Below are positions 35,814 to 43,753 of a stretch of DNA of 44,491 nt, piece after piece. The notes beneath the pieces were generated by a model, which was not told the origin of the DNA, ran no database searches, and was given only the letters and a program-made list of their open reading frames with translations. Each line of letters starts with the position of its first letter. Positions within the stretch are counted from its first letter, which is position 1. The stretch comes from a virus (lineage: Duplodnaviria; Caudoviricetes): IMG/VR virus record IMGVR_UViG_3300048783_000025, positions 1-44,491 of that record; one strand, 5' to 3'. Made by a program: the position numbers and the translations under genes.

Positions 35814-36895
35814 ACCGTGCTATCCGGGCCGGTACCCATTGAAGTTACATCGGCGCCGGTTTCGCGAGCGATCATGTCGAGCCACCCCACCACCTCGCCA
35901 TAGGACTCGGCTGACAAAGAGCGTAACTCACTCTCCGTGGTCATCCCTTTGACCTGCGGAAGCACGTGATCAGCCATCGCGAAAGCGATGCCAACATGCT
36001 CGATGCCGTTAGCGATTACGGCCTGGCGCACGATCTCGGAATCCCAGCCACCCACCCGGCGAATCTTCTTGGTGACCGTGGTCCGTTCTTCTTCGAGACC
36101 GAGATTTGCCCACGAGGTTTCGTCCAGCATCGGGCCGGAGTTACCTGCGACCCGAATCGGATTGGGCCGGGTGACTACGTGGATCTGGAATCGGTCGTCG
36201 TGCGGACCAAATACCTTAAGTGCCCACGGCGAGATACCTGCCATAGCTAGGAAGTCAATGGCCCGGCAATCCGACGACGTGCATTGTGGGTACAGCCCGG
36301 CATGCAGGCCCAGCCCGTAGCCCTGAGTGCCTTCGATGACCACGGAGAGGTGATCGCGACGGTTCAGGGGCTCATTCAGCTCGACTTCTTTGATTACGAG
36401 GCCGTAGGTTCGCTTCCAGGATTCGGCATAAGTCCCAGCGATAGTCGCAGTTCGCCAGATCCGATCAGCGCGGGCCGCACCCACGCCTTTAGCCGTGGAT
36501 CCGAGCCGCGAAACAATATCCGATTCCTGCTCGGCCTGGATGTGGCGAGGTTCCAGAATCGTGGCCTGCGGCGAGATTTTCAGTCGCCCCTGAATGTCGT
36601 ACCCGGCGCCCTCAAGCTGGTCCAATTCGTCGAGCAATACGGCTGGATCAATTTCAGACCCGGCCGCGATATAGAGCTCAGCGTCCGGGTTGATGAACGC
36701 GACGGGTATTTGCCGCATTGCCCAGCGCTCACCTTTATCAACCACCACGTGCCCGGCGTTTGGTCCGGCTACCCGCACGCCGACCACCCGGCGCCCGTCC
36801 TGGCCGTGAAGTTTGGCGAGCTCTCCCGCCACTCTCCCCTTGGACTCCGAGCCGTATTGGCCTCCTGTGACCACATCGAGACTAGTGTGAAACAT
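35804..36895 (-). CDS. purZ: 2-amino-deoxyadenylosuccinate synthetase (PurZ, probably PurZ0 type)
   Basis: Short PurA-family protein with GGQYGSESKG (Ser at the catalytic Asp position), GPNAGH, EGTQG, YPQCTS, PIRVAGNSGP and TTVTKKIRRV. Confidence 0.88.
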   Translation of the reverse strand: MFHTSLDVVTGGQYGSESKGRVAGELAKLHGQDGRRVVGVRVAGPNAGHVVVDKGERWAMRQIPVAFINPDAELYIAAGSEIDPAVLLDELDQLEGAGYDIQGRLKISPQATILEPRHIQAEQESDIVSRLGSTAKGVGAARADRIWRTATIAGTYAESWKRTYGLVIKEVELNEPLNRRDHLSVVIEGTQGYGLGLHAGLYPQCTSSDCRAIDFLAMAGISPWALKVFGPHDDRFQIHVVTRPNPIRVAGNSGPMLDETSWANLGLEEERTTVTKKIRRVGGWDSEIVRQAVIANGIEHVGIAFAMADHVLPQVKGMTTESELRSLSAESYGEVVGWLDMIARETGADVTSMGTGPDSTVWL

Positions 36896-36909
36896 CGATT
36901 CTCTCTTTC

Positions 36910-37338
36910 TTAAAATTCGGGGTGCTGATCGTGGGTGATTAGAAACGCGTCGTGGCGCTCGCGTTCCGCGTCCTGGCGCTCGCTGAACCGGGCGTCTCGC
37001 GGGAACTCACCCAGCCGGGACACTGACGCAATCGCGCGCTCGGCGTTGGTTTCCTGGTCTAACACGAAATCCATCAACAGTATCCACGTAAACCGTTCGT
37101 GTCCCCGCTTGCCTGATACGGACCAAGAGTGCCGGTTCTCCGGACGGACGGCCACGTACCGGTACGGCGTAGTTCCCGTGAAGTACTTTACGAAGGTCAC
37201 GTATTCAGCGGTCCGGGCTTCGTATTCTGGTTCCTTGGGCGTCCGGACCGCCATATCGTCCAGCCGCTTTAGGGTTTTAGCCAGTTCCGCCGACAATATT
37301 TTTGCCCGCTCCGAGAGCCTGTCCGTGTACTTGCTCAT
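36910..37338 (-). CDS. Hypothetical protein, first gene of the purZ operon
   Basis: TAAGGAG RBS; TGTTATACT promoter at 37370-37378. Confidence 0.7.
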   Translation of the reverse strand: MSKYTDRLSERAKILSAELAKTLKRLDDMAVRTPKEPEYEARTAEYVTFVKYFTGTTPYRYVAVRPENRHSWSVSGKRGHERFTWILLMDFVLDQETNAERAIASVSRLGEFPRDARFSERQDAERERHDAFLITHDQHPEF

Positions 37339-37380
37339 CTGAACTCCTTACTAGGTTACATACCCTACTAGTATAACATA

Positions 37381-37414
37381 CCGCCCCCCAGACTACTAGA
37401 ACCTGAGGGGGCGG
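37381..37414 (-). terminator. Hairpin overlapping the purZ-operon promoter region
   Basis: CCGCCCCC / GGGGGCGG inverted repeat. Confidence 0.5.
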
Positions 37415-37430
37415 CAGTTGCGCGGAGGAT

Positions 37431-37619
37431 CTACTCGGCGGGTTTCGGAGCGTCCCGCTGCAGGCCAAGCCGTTCGTAATAGAGGTCCTTGAGCGCGGTC
37501 TCGGCTTCAAGCTGAATCTTCGACCGGATGTGATCGCCAGTTTCGGCCGCCGTCAGGCCGTACTCGTTGCGCCACTTCTTCGGGTCAATATCGAGCGTAA
37601 CTTTAGCTGTGACGAACAT
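37431..37619 (-). CDS. Hypothetical protein
   Basis: AGGAG RBS, 62 aa. Confidence 0.65.
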   Translation of the reverse strand: MFVTAKVTLDIDPKKWRNEYGLTAAETGDHIRSKIQLEAETALKDLYYERLGLQRDAPKPAE

Positions 37620-37652
37620 GGTGACTCCTAAACAATAGACATATGGACTGAT

Positions 37653-38162
37653 CTAGCGTAGCAAATAATGGGGTTGCATCGCCCTGCGAACCTCTTGAGG
37701 ATCGAATCCGTTGGGACCAACTGGAACCACTCCGCAATAACGATCGCGAGGTTTGGTTAAATCTACGACCACTCTATGCGGCGTGATAGGCCTTGATTGA
37801 TGGTCTCTAAGAGCATCTCCAGCAGAAAGGCTTGGCCGGTCGTTAAAATCCGCAAGTTTGGCTCGATAGCCGCGAAATCGATCGGCTGCTCGTGACCAAG
37901 TTGAGCCATCAAGTCGTCGCCAAGTTTGTATAGGGTTCTTAATCGCTTCATAGATTCTTCGGTGACAAGCGGCTCGGAAGGCTGCGTGCCGGGGCTGGTA
38001 ACGGCGGTATCGATTAATGAGTCGTCTGGCATGAGATGTCCTCGGTGGCTGGGTGAGTTGTCGTTCTCTCACTAGGATAACATAGTAACCTAGTACTCCA
38101 CCAGTTATCCCAACAACCAGGCCCGAGACGTACCCGATCCAGTAGATCAAGCTTCCAAACAT
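37653..38162 (-). CDS. Hypothetical membrane protein
   Basis: AAGGAG RBS, N-terminal TM; contains a nested ORF. Confidence 0.45.
   Translation of the reverse strand: MFGSLIYWIGYVSGLVVGITGGVLGYYVILVRERQLTQPPRTSHARRLINRYRRYQPRHAAFRAACHRRIYEAIKNPIQTWRRLDGSTWSRAADRFRGYRAKLADFNDRPSLSAGDALRDHQSRPITPHRVVVDLTKPRDRYCGVVPVGPNGFDPQEVRRAMQPHYLLR
37763..38032 (-). CDS. Hypothetical protein nested in another frame
   Basis: GAGGA RBS; helical acidic composition. Confidence 0.45.
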   Translation of the reverse strand: MPDDSLIDTAVTSPGTQPSEPLVTEESMKRLRTLYKLGDDLMAQLGHEQPIDFAAIEPNLRILTTGQAFLLEMLLETINQGLSRRIEWS

Positions 38163-38173
38163 TCTGAACTCCT

Positions 38174-40192
38174 TTAGTGTGCCCCCCACTGCTTCGCTTC
38201 AATCTCTCCGGGAACTCCCGGAAACATTCTGTCCCAAAACCGGATACCGGCTTGCGTGGTTGATGTTACGTACTGGTCCGCCTCTCCATCGGGTAACAGT
38301 AAGACTTGGGAGTCATGAATCACCAGAATCAGACCACCACGCCCGATCCCAGCATCCAGACCTTGCTGGCGGAAGTGCTTGAGTTTGGCGTCGGAGTCGA
38401 CGAGCCAGTCTTTACCGAGTTCGGCAATGCTGCCCTGAACGCGTTGATTGAATGCTTTGTGTTGTTGCTCGCCCTCCGTGAAACGGCGATAGCGGCCATT
38501 TGCCAACACCACATATCCGTTTTCCGCCGCAAAGTCCTGGTGCCAGTCGATCGCCTCGGAAAACTCCGGGTAGAGATCGCGCCAGCCGTACACAATGTCT
38601 TTCGATTCACCGAGCGACAGATAGGTACCTTCCTTGGCCATCGCCTCGCGAAAAGTCACCGGCCCAGACCCGAAGATCAGCGAGAAATTCGACCGCTTAG
38701 CCAGCTGGCGGTATTGTCCCCAATCAGGGCTGTCCGGAGTTAGGTTGAACAGCTCGGCGCAGGTCTCGCCGTGGAGGTCGCGTTTCTCCGCGATCGCACT
38801 GAGCATTTTCTCGCAACCGGCCCACATCGCGGCGACTCGCAGTTCAGCCTGGGCGAGGTCCAATTCCCATAGCGACCAGCCGGGTATTTGTTCGACCGCG
38901 TACCCCACCACTGTCCGTGGAGTGGGTACTCCAATCTGGACCCGGTAGTCCTGCGGAATAGCCTGCAGATTCACCCGCTCAACGGAGAACCGGCCAGACC
39001 GAGTACCGGCCTCCTTCTGCTGGCCCTGCTCCGACGCCACATGCCTAAAGACGCAACGGAGCCGCGAGTCGTTGGAGTTGGTCCGATCGGCGTATGGGCG
39101 GTACCACATCTTGAGCGCGGTGGCGATCTTGTTCACGTCGAAAAGAGCCTGGGCGTGGGGCCACGTGTCTTCACCGATCGAGGCCATCCGCTGGACGATA
39201 TCGGCCGTTAACTGGGCCTGGCCTTCCGGAAAGCTCTTGGTGGGCGCGGTTTTCTTCAAGGGGCGCTTGTTCAGCGATCCGGGCAGTTTATCCGTGAAGT
39301 ACCATTTTTTGGCGTCCTTGGGCAGGAAGGGGATCGTCGCTAGTAGAGCCGTCTGGCGCTCCGCGAGTTTGTCCGCGATGTCACGAGAGTACTGCGCGCT
39401 ATATGGGATGCCGGCTAGCTCCATACCGAGCAGGGCGTGCATCACTTTGATCTCGCGGCCGATCCACTGGCTGCCATCGTAGCCTTCGCTGGCCCGCCAC
39501 TGCTGCATCTCGAAAACCAGGAACGTATAAAGCGCGTCCTTGATGGCGTACGGTTGCATGACTGGCCAAGGTACCCGGTCGTACCGGGCGTCGGCTTTGG
39601 GTCCGAGGTAGGGCTGCAAGGCGCGCTGCTCCGCGTCGGCGTCCTCCTGAAAGAACCGGACCGCCAGCGGCTTTAACGCCAGCCGGAACTGCGGCCACAA
39701 TTCCTTCGCGCCAACCATGGTGTCCCACCAGCTGTTGTGCCGGAGATCAATTCCTGGCTGTCCGTTGATCCCGCCCGCTAGCATCATGTGGGTGTCATAC
39801 TTGATGTTGTGTCCGATTAACACTTTCTGACTGGCCAGCCAGTTGCCGAGCCAACGCCACTCTCCCGAGCCGATATCCATACGCGCTGTCATGCGGTCGT
39901 AGTCTTTGTGGTCGGCCGGGATGGTGAATTTCTCGGAGCCATCTGGTCCCTGCCCGAACGGCCAGGCGAACGCATGGACCACGCCGTCTAGCTTGTAGGC
40001 CAGCGAGATCACCGACACGCGGGCGCCATCGTCTTCGTGCAGGCCGCTGGCCTCAGTATCGTAAGCGACCGTCCACTCGACTAGCTCGGGATCTGGTAAT
40101 ACTTGCGAAGGGTACGCCACCTCGTCCTCGGCGTCGTAGATCTCGTGTATTTCGAATAGTTCGGACACGCCGACTTGCCTGAGTTCAGTCAT
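38174..40192 (-). CDS. DNA polymerase family A with 3'-5' exonuclease (DpoZ candidate)
   Basis: Exo motifs YDTE, GHNIKYD and YAIKDA; polymerase motifs TRSGRFS, NLQAIP, DLAQAELR, AKRSNFSLIFG and IHDS. Confidence 0.92.
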   Translation of the reverse strand: MTELRQVGVSELFEIHEIYDAEDEVAYPSQVLPDPELVEWTVAYDTEASGLHEDDGARVSVISLAYKLDGVVHAFAWPFGQGPDGSEKFTIPADHKDYDRMTARMDIGSGEWRWLGNWLASQKVLIGHNIKYDTHMMLAGGINGQPGIDLRHNSWWDTMVGAKELWPQFRLALKPLAVRFFQEDADAEQRALQPYLGPKADARYDRVPWPVMQPYAIKDALYTFLVFEMQQWRASEGYDGSQWIGREIKVMHALLGMELAGIPYSAQYSRDIADKLAERQTALLATIPFLPKDAKKWYFTDKLPGSLNKRPLKKTAPTKSFPEGQAQLTADIVQRMASIGEDTWPHAQALFDVNKIATALKMWYRPYADRTNSNDSRLRCVFRHVASEQGQQKEAGTRSGRFSVERVNLQAIPQDYRVQIGVPTPRTVVGYAVEQIPGWSLWELDLAQAELRVAAMWAGCEKMLSAIAEKRDLHGETCAELFNLTPDSPDWGQYRQLAKRSNFSLIFGSGPVTFREAMAKEGTYLSLGESKDIVYGWRDLYPEFSEAIDWHQDFAAENGYVVLANGRYRRFTEGEQQHKAFNQRVQGSIAELGKDWLVDSDAKLKHFRQQGLDAGIGRGGLILVIHDSQVLLLPDGEADQYVTSTTQAGIRFWDRMFPGVPGEIEAKQWGAH

Positions 40193-40209
40193 GGAGAGAG
40201 TCTTTCGAG

Positions 40210-40374
40210 TTAGTCGCTAGCGATGGACCAGACCTGGACGGGGTGTCCCGGAACCAGGCCGCAGAGGCTGGGATAGAGGCAGACTGCCGTCTCCGTGCGG
40301 TGCCGGTCGTATGCGGCCTGGTTCTGGAATTGTAGTGAGCAATCGGAGCAGGTCTGGAGCGCGGGGGTCGCCAT
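40210..40374 (-). CDS. Small Zn-finger-like protein
   Basis: CSDC..F.....YDRHR.....C pattern; start uncertain (40374 or 40476). Confidence 0.5.
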   Translation of the reverse strand: MATPALQTCSDCSLQFQNQAAYDRHRTETAVCLYPSLCGLVPGHPVQVWSIASD

Positions 40375-40496
40375 TGTGACACATCTTCCGGTGGTCTTCC
40401 TTGCCCGTCGTCGGCCTCTCGGGGGCTGGGTGGCATTGAAGTAGCCCTGGAAGCTCCGGAGACGACGGAAGGCCACGGAGCGCCGTTATATCGGCG

Positions 40497-40793
40497 TTAT
40501 TCCGAAGACTCCCACGACACCAGTACATGCACCTGGCTGGACGGATCGCCCTCGACTGCGCGCTGAGTGCGCCACTGCAGGGGGTGGCCCTCGTAGGTTT
40601 GCGACCGCTTTAGCGATAGGACCCTCTGGCGGGCCGACCCTCGCGTCTTGTGGGTGGAGTAAATAAACCACTCCTCCGGACTGGCCTGGAGCTGCGCGAT
40701 CAGCTCGGCCAGCTCTTCGGGCGATCGGGCCGGTCGGTACGCCTGCTCGGGGATCGGAGCCCGAGCCGCCTTGGTTAATTCAACATTGCTCAT
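40497..40793 (-). CDS. Hypothetical protein (98 aa, MSNVELTK...)
   Basis: ATG 7 nt after TGGTAGAAT (40801-40809). Confidence 0.65.
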   Translation of the reverse strand: MSNVELTKAARAPIPEQAYRPARSPEELAELIAQLQASPEEWFIYSTHKTRGSARQRVLSLKRSQTYEGHPLQWRTQRAVEGDPSSQVHVLVSWESSE

Positions 40794-40899
40794 AGGTACT
40801 ATTCTACCACATCTCCGTAATAAGACGTAACAATACAACAACCCCTAATAACCATAATAAAAAGACAACAAACACAACTCCAGAAACAACAAGTAACCC

Positions 40900-41205
40900 G
40901 GTCGTATATTGGTCGCATATATCTTACCCATTCCCACCTTTATGGTCGTATTGGTCGTACTGGTCGTATATAGAAAAAAGTCTTTTTATGAGAGTAAGTA
41001 AGAAAGGTTTTTAGTAAGTATATATATTTTTAGGGATTTTTATTTATTAGAGTTATGGGGATTACTATTTTATTATAGGTTCTTCGTGTCGCGTTACGTC
41101 TTTTACCGGGGGGGCTCTTCGGAGTATGCGACCGCTACGACCACACGACCGCGCCGGTCAGAGCATATGAAGCGGTCGTACCGGTCGTACAGTCGTAGTA
41201 CGACC
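40900..41205. other. Putative replication origin: AT-rich core flanked by GGTCGTA repeats
   Basis: About 12 exact or near copies of GGTCGTA/TACGACC around an AT-rich tract (about 40965-41080) at the strand switch. Confidence 0.7.
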
Positions 41206-41227
41206 GGACGCACTCGGCCCATTCAAT

Positions 41228-41257
41228 TTGCATCGTTAGTCCCTAGTATGGTAAAAT
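41228..41257 (+). promoter_or_regulatory. SigA-like promoter
   Basis: TTGCAT, 18-nt spacer, TAAAAT with TG extension. Confidence 0.7.
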
Positions 41258-41297
41258 ATTCGCAGAATCTCAGAAACCCCCGACTCAGGAGTCCGAA

Positions 41298-41765
41298 ATG
41301 GCCGAGAACACCGCCAACAACAAGCCCATCTTAATCACGTTTGGCCCAACGAAATGCTTCTGTGGATGTGGGGGTGCGACCGCTCCGAAGTCCTCGTTCC
41401 AACAGGGACATGATATGAAGCTGGTTTCTTTGCTTCTTCACGCCTATCGGATCGGCCGCGAAGTGTCTCTCCAGACCGCCGACACCCTGCGCACAGTCAG
41501 CGCGGAGGAGGCCGCCGTTATCTTCGGGGGGGCTTTCCCGGCCAAATTACGGGGCCGGATAGCGACCGGTCGCACCCCCGAGAGCTACCAGCTACCAGTT
41601 TCGGAGCCCGTCGTGGACCCCAACGAGCCGCGTTCCGGACGCGCTAAGGTAGGCCGCTGGGTAGTTGACGGCACCTTCGAGGAGGACGAGTTTTACTACA
41701 CGAATAAGAAAGGCGAGATCGTCTACAAGGCCGCTGGCGAGTTCGAAGAGGTTACCGGCTCCTAG
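41298..41765 (+). CDS. Hypothetical protein with CxCGCG...GHD motif
   Basis: AGGAG RBS, own promoter and terminator. Confidence 0.75.
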   Translation: MAENTANNKPILITFGPTKCFCGCGGATAPKSSFQQGHDMKLVSLLLHAYRIGREVSLQTADTLRTVSAEEAAVIFGGAFPAKLRGRIATGRTPESYQLPVSEPVVDPNEPRSGRAKVGRWVVDGTFEEDEFYYTNKKGEIVYKAAGEFEEVTGS

Positions 41766-41770
41766 TCCGA

Positions 41771-41801
41771 AGCCCCCGCGCCGATCCTGGCGACGGGGGC
41801 T
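41771..41801 (+). terminator. Terminator-like hairpin
   Basis: AGCCCCCG / CGGGGGCT inverted repeat. Confidence 0.6.
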
Positions 41802-41859
41802 CTAGCTATGGTATACTAAAATAATAACAGAGTAGACATTCTACTGAGGAGCCCGCACC

Positions 41860-42153
41860 GTGTTCATGCACCTGAACGACTATTGGACCGAAACTTTCGC
41901 TAACGAGTTCGCGGAGGTGGCGAAGCAACTGGCCAGCGTCGGCCGCGAAGTCGCCCTCCCGATGGAGGTGGTTTTACTCTCTTATCCGGCCGCCGAGATT
42001 TTTGAGCGCGTCCGGGAGATCGAGGATTCCAAGGGCAGCTATTACCAGGTGGCTTTCCACTCGGCGGAACACACCATCGTCTATTTCAATCCCGAAGGGA
42101 CGTTCGTCGAGATCAACTACCACGCCCAAGTAATATCCGCCGCCGATGACTGA
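41860..42153 (+). CDS. Hypothetical protein
   Basis: GAGGAG RBS; TGGTATACT promoter at 41809-41817. Confidence 0.7.
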   Translation: MFMHLNDYWTETFANEFAEVAKQLASVGREVALPMEVVLLSYPAAEIFERVREIEDSKGSYYQVAFHSAEHTIVYFNPEGTFVEINYHAQVISAADD

Positions 42154-42340
42154 GGACTTCGCAGGCCAGCCGTCGACTACCAATGTTGGCGTCCGGGCCA
42201 GAAAGCGCAAAATCTTAGCAACACTCCGAGACCTAGCCGAACGGCTGGCCCGCGCCCGGAACGAAGAAGAAATCATCGAGATGAATTACTGCGCGTCAGC
42301 CATAGATTTCTATCTTGACCAGTTGGGGATGCTTAAATGA
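42146..42340 (+). CDS. Hypothetical protein
   Basis: Coupled overlaps on both sides. Confidence 0.6.
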   Translation: MTEDFAGQPSTTNVGVRARKRKILATLRDLAERLARARNEEEIIEMNYCASAIDFYLDQLGMLK

Positions 42341-42774
42341 GGATAGTTGCGATCGATCCTGGTGACGTACATTGCGGGTGGTGCGTACTCGACCGGTACG
42401 CGGATGCCTGGCACGTCGGAGAAGTTTGTGAAATGACTCCTGAAAGGTTACTCGAACGGTTACGGGGGTTTCCGACCGCGCACACTGAGGTGGTGGTGGA
42501 GGAATTTCGTGTTTACCCGCACACTGCTACCGCGTTGATCGGATCAAAGTTGCCGACCGCCCGGCTTATCGGCAAAATCGAATACATCTGCCAAGAACGC
42601 GGTTTGCCACTCATCATGCAGCCCGCCCACATTCTTAAGGCCATGGTTTCCCGGCTGGAACTAAACGGTAAAACCCTGGCGGCAGTCCAGCTCAAAGAAG
42701 GCGGCCATGCTAAAGACGCCGAAGTTCACGCTTATTATCGCGCCATGAAAGGGCTACCCCGTGCGAAAGCCTAA
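42337..42774 (+). CDS. RuvC-like Holliday junction resolvase
   Basis: RIVAIDPG, VVVEEF and HAKDA acidic triad pattern. Confidence 0.8.
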   Translation: MRIVAIDPGDVHCGWCVLDRYADAWHVGEVCEMTPERLLERLRGFPTAHTEVVVEEFRVYPHTATALIGSKLPTARLIGKIEYICQERGLPLIMQPAHILKAMVSRLELNGKTLAAVQLKEGGHAKDAEVHAYYRAMKGLPRAKA

Positions 42775-43702
42775 AGAGAACATGTTGGCCTGCGTGCCGA
42801 GCGCGCACGGACCGGTTCCCGAAGGTGATGTGATCATCACGTACTCGGAGCTGGACACCTTCCGGCAGTGCCCGTTGAAGCACAAATGGAACTACCAGAT
42901 GCTTTTCAGCCGCGAGCCCGTGCCGGGAACGCCACTCTCTCGGGGTAACCTGTGGCACTCGTGCCTGGAGACTTACTACTACGAAATGCGGGCAAATAAA
43001 CTCAAGCCACTGGACGCGAAGAACGCCGTCGTCGATTTGCATCTGGACAACGGCAAAGGGCAATTCGTTAACGAGGACGCCGCACTAATCGACTGGATGC
43101 TCAACGGGCACGTTGAATGCTACGGCAACGATCCGGATTGGGAAGTCCTCGCGATCGAATTTGCCGGGCGAGTTAAATTGGGCGTGCTTCCGGACGGCCG
43201 CACAGTCTGGCTGCAGTTCAAACTCGACCTTATTGTCCGCGAGATCAGCACTGGCCGGATCTGGATTGTTGATCACAAATCAGCCAAAGATTTTACCCGC
43301 CAGGTTGAAATCGACATCGACGACCAATTTGGTCTTTATATGTGGGCGCTCACGACGGCTGGCGTGCCGGTTTTCGGGTTCATCCGCTCGGACGCCCGTA
43401 CTCAGCGAAACAAGGGGGCGATGACCTTGGAGCAACGTTTCAAGCGGACACCGACCTTCCGGACGGCGGTCGAGATGGAGAACATCGCCAATGACGCCAT
43501 GGCCGCGACGCGGGCGGTATACTCCGGTAGTCTCTTTTCGTCTCCCGCGCCCGATCATTGCACCTGGCGGTGCGAGTACCTGCAGGTTCACTTGATGGCA
43601 AGGAAGACCAATCGGGACCACGCCGAATTGCTCGACTCGTTCGGTTTCACGGTCCGCGAAAAGCGTCACCGCGAGTACGGAGACAACTACCCGCGCCTGT
43701 AA
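42761..43702 (+). CDS. Cas4/RecB-like PD-(D/E)XK exonuclease
   Basis: TYSELDTFRQCP, RGNLWH, KLDL, IVDHKS, Q...Y and CTWRCEY motifs. Confidence 0.85.
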   Translation: MRKPKENMLACVPSAHGPVPEGDVIITYSELDTFRQCPLKHKWNYQMLFSREPVPGTPLSRGNLWHSCLETYYYEMRANKLKPLDAKNAVVDLHLDNGKGQFVNEDAALIDWMLNGHVECYGNDPDWEVLAIEFAGRVKLGVLPDGRTVWLQFKLDLIVREISTGRIWIVDHKSAKDFTRQVEIDIDDQFGLYMWALTTAGVPVFGFIRSDARTQRNKGAMTLEQRFKRTPTFRTAVEMENIANDAMAATRAVYSGSLFSSPAPDHCTWRCEYLQVHLMARKTNRDHAELLDSFGFTVREKRHREYGDNYPRL

Positions 43703-43753
43703 AACATTGTGGTAAGATAGTAACCGTAACAGTCCCTGGAAGGAACTAACTCG

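Noticed and set aside
35804-36895. Ordinary PurA auxiliary metabolic gene paired with PurB for AMP synthesis
   Set aside because: The catalytic Asp is Ser and the neighbours are deoxynucleotide enzymes; not fully excluded without an assay
40900-41205. GGTCGTA repeats as a CRISPR array
   Set aside because: 7-mers in both orientations with irregular short gaps and no repeat-spacer pattern
41086-41334. 82-aa ORF over the origin repeats
   Set aside because: Low-complexity translation of repeats that overlaps the promoter of the next gene
42761-43702. CRISPR-Cas system suggested by the Cas4-like gene
   Set aside because: No array or other cas genes; it sits in a RuvC-exonuclease-Sak4-SSB recombination module
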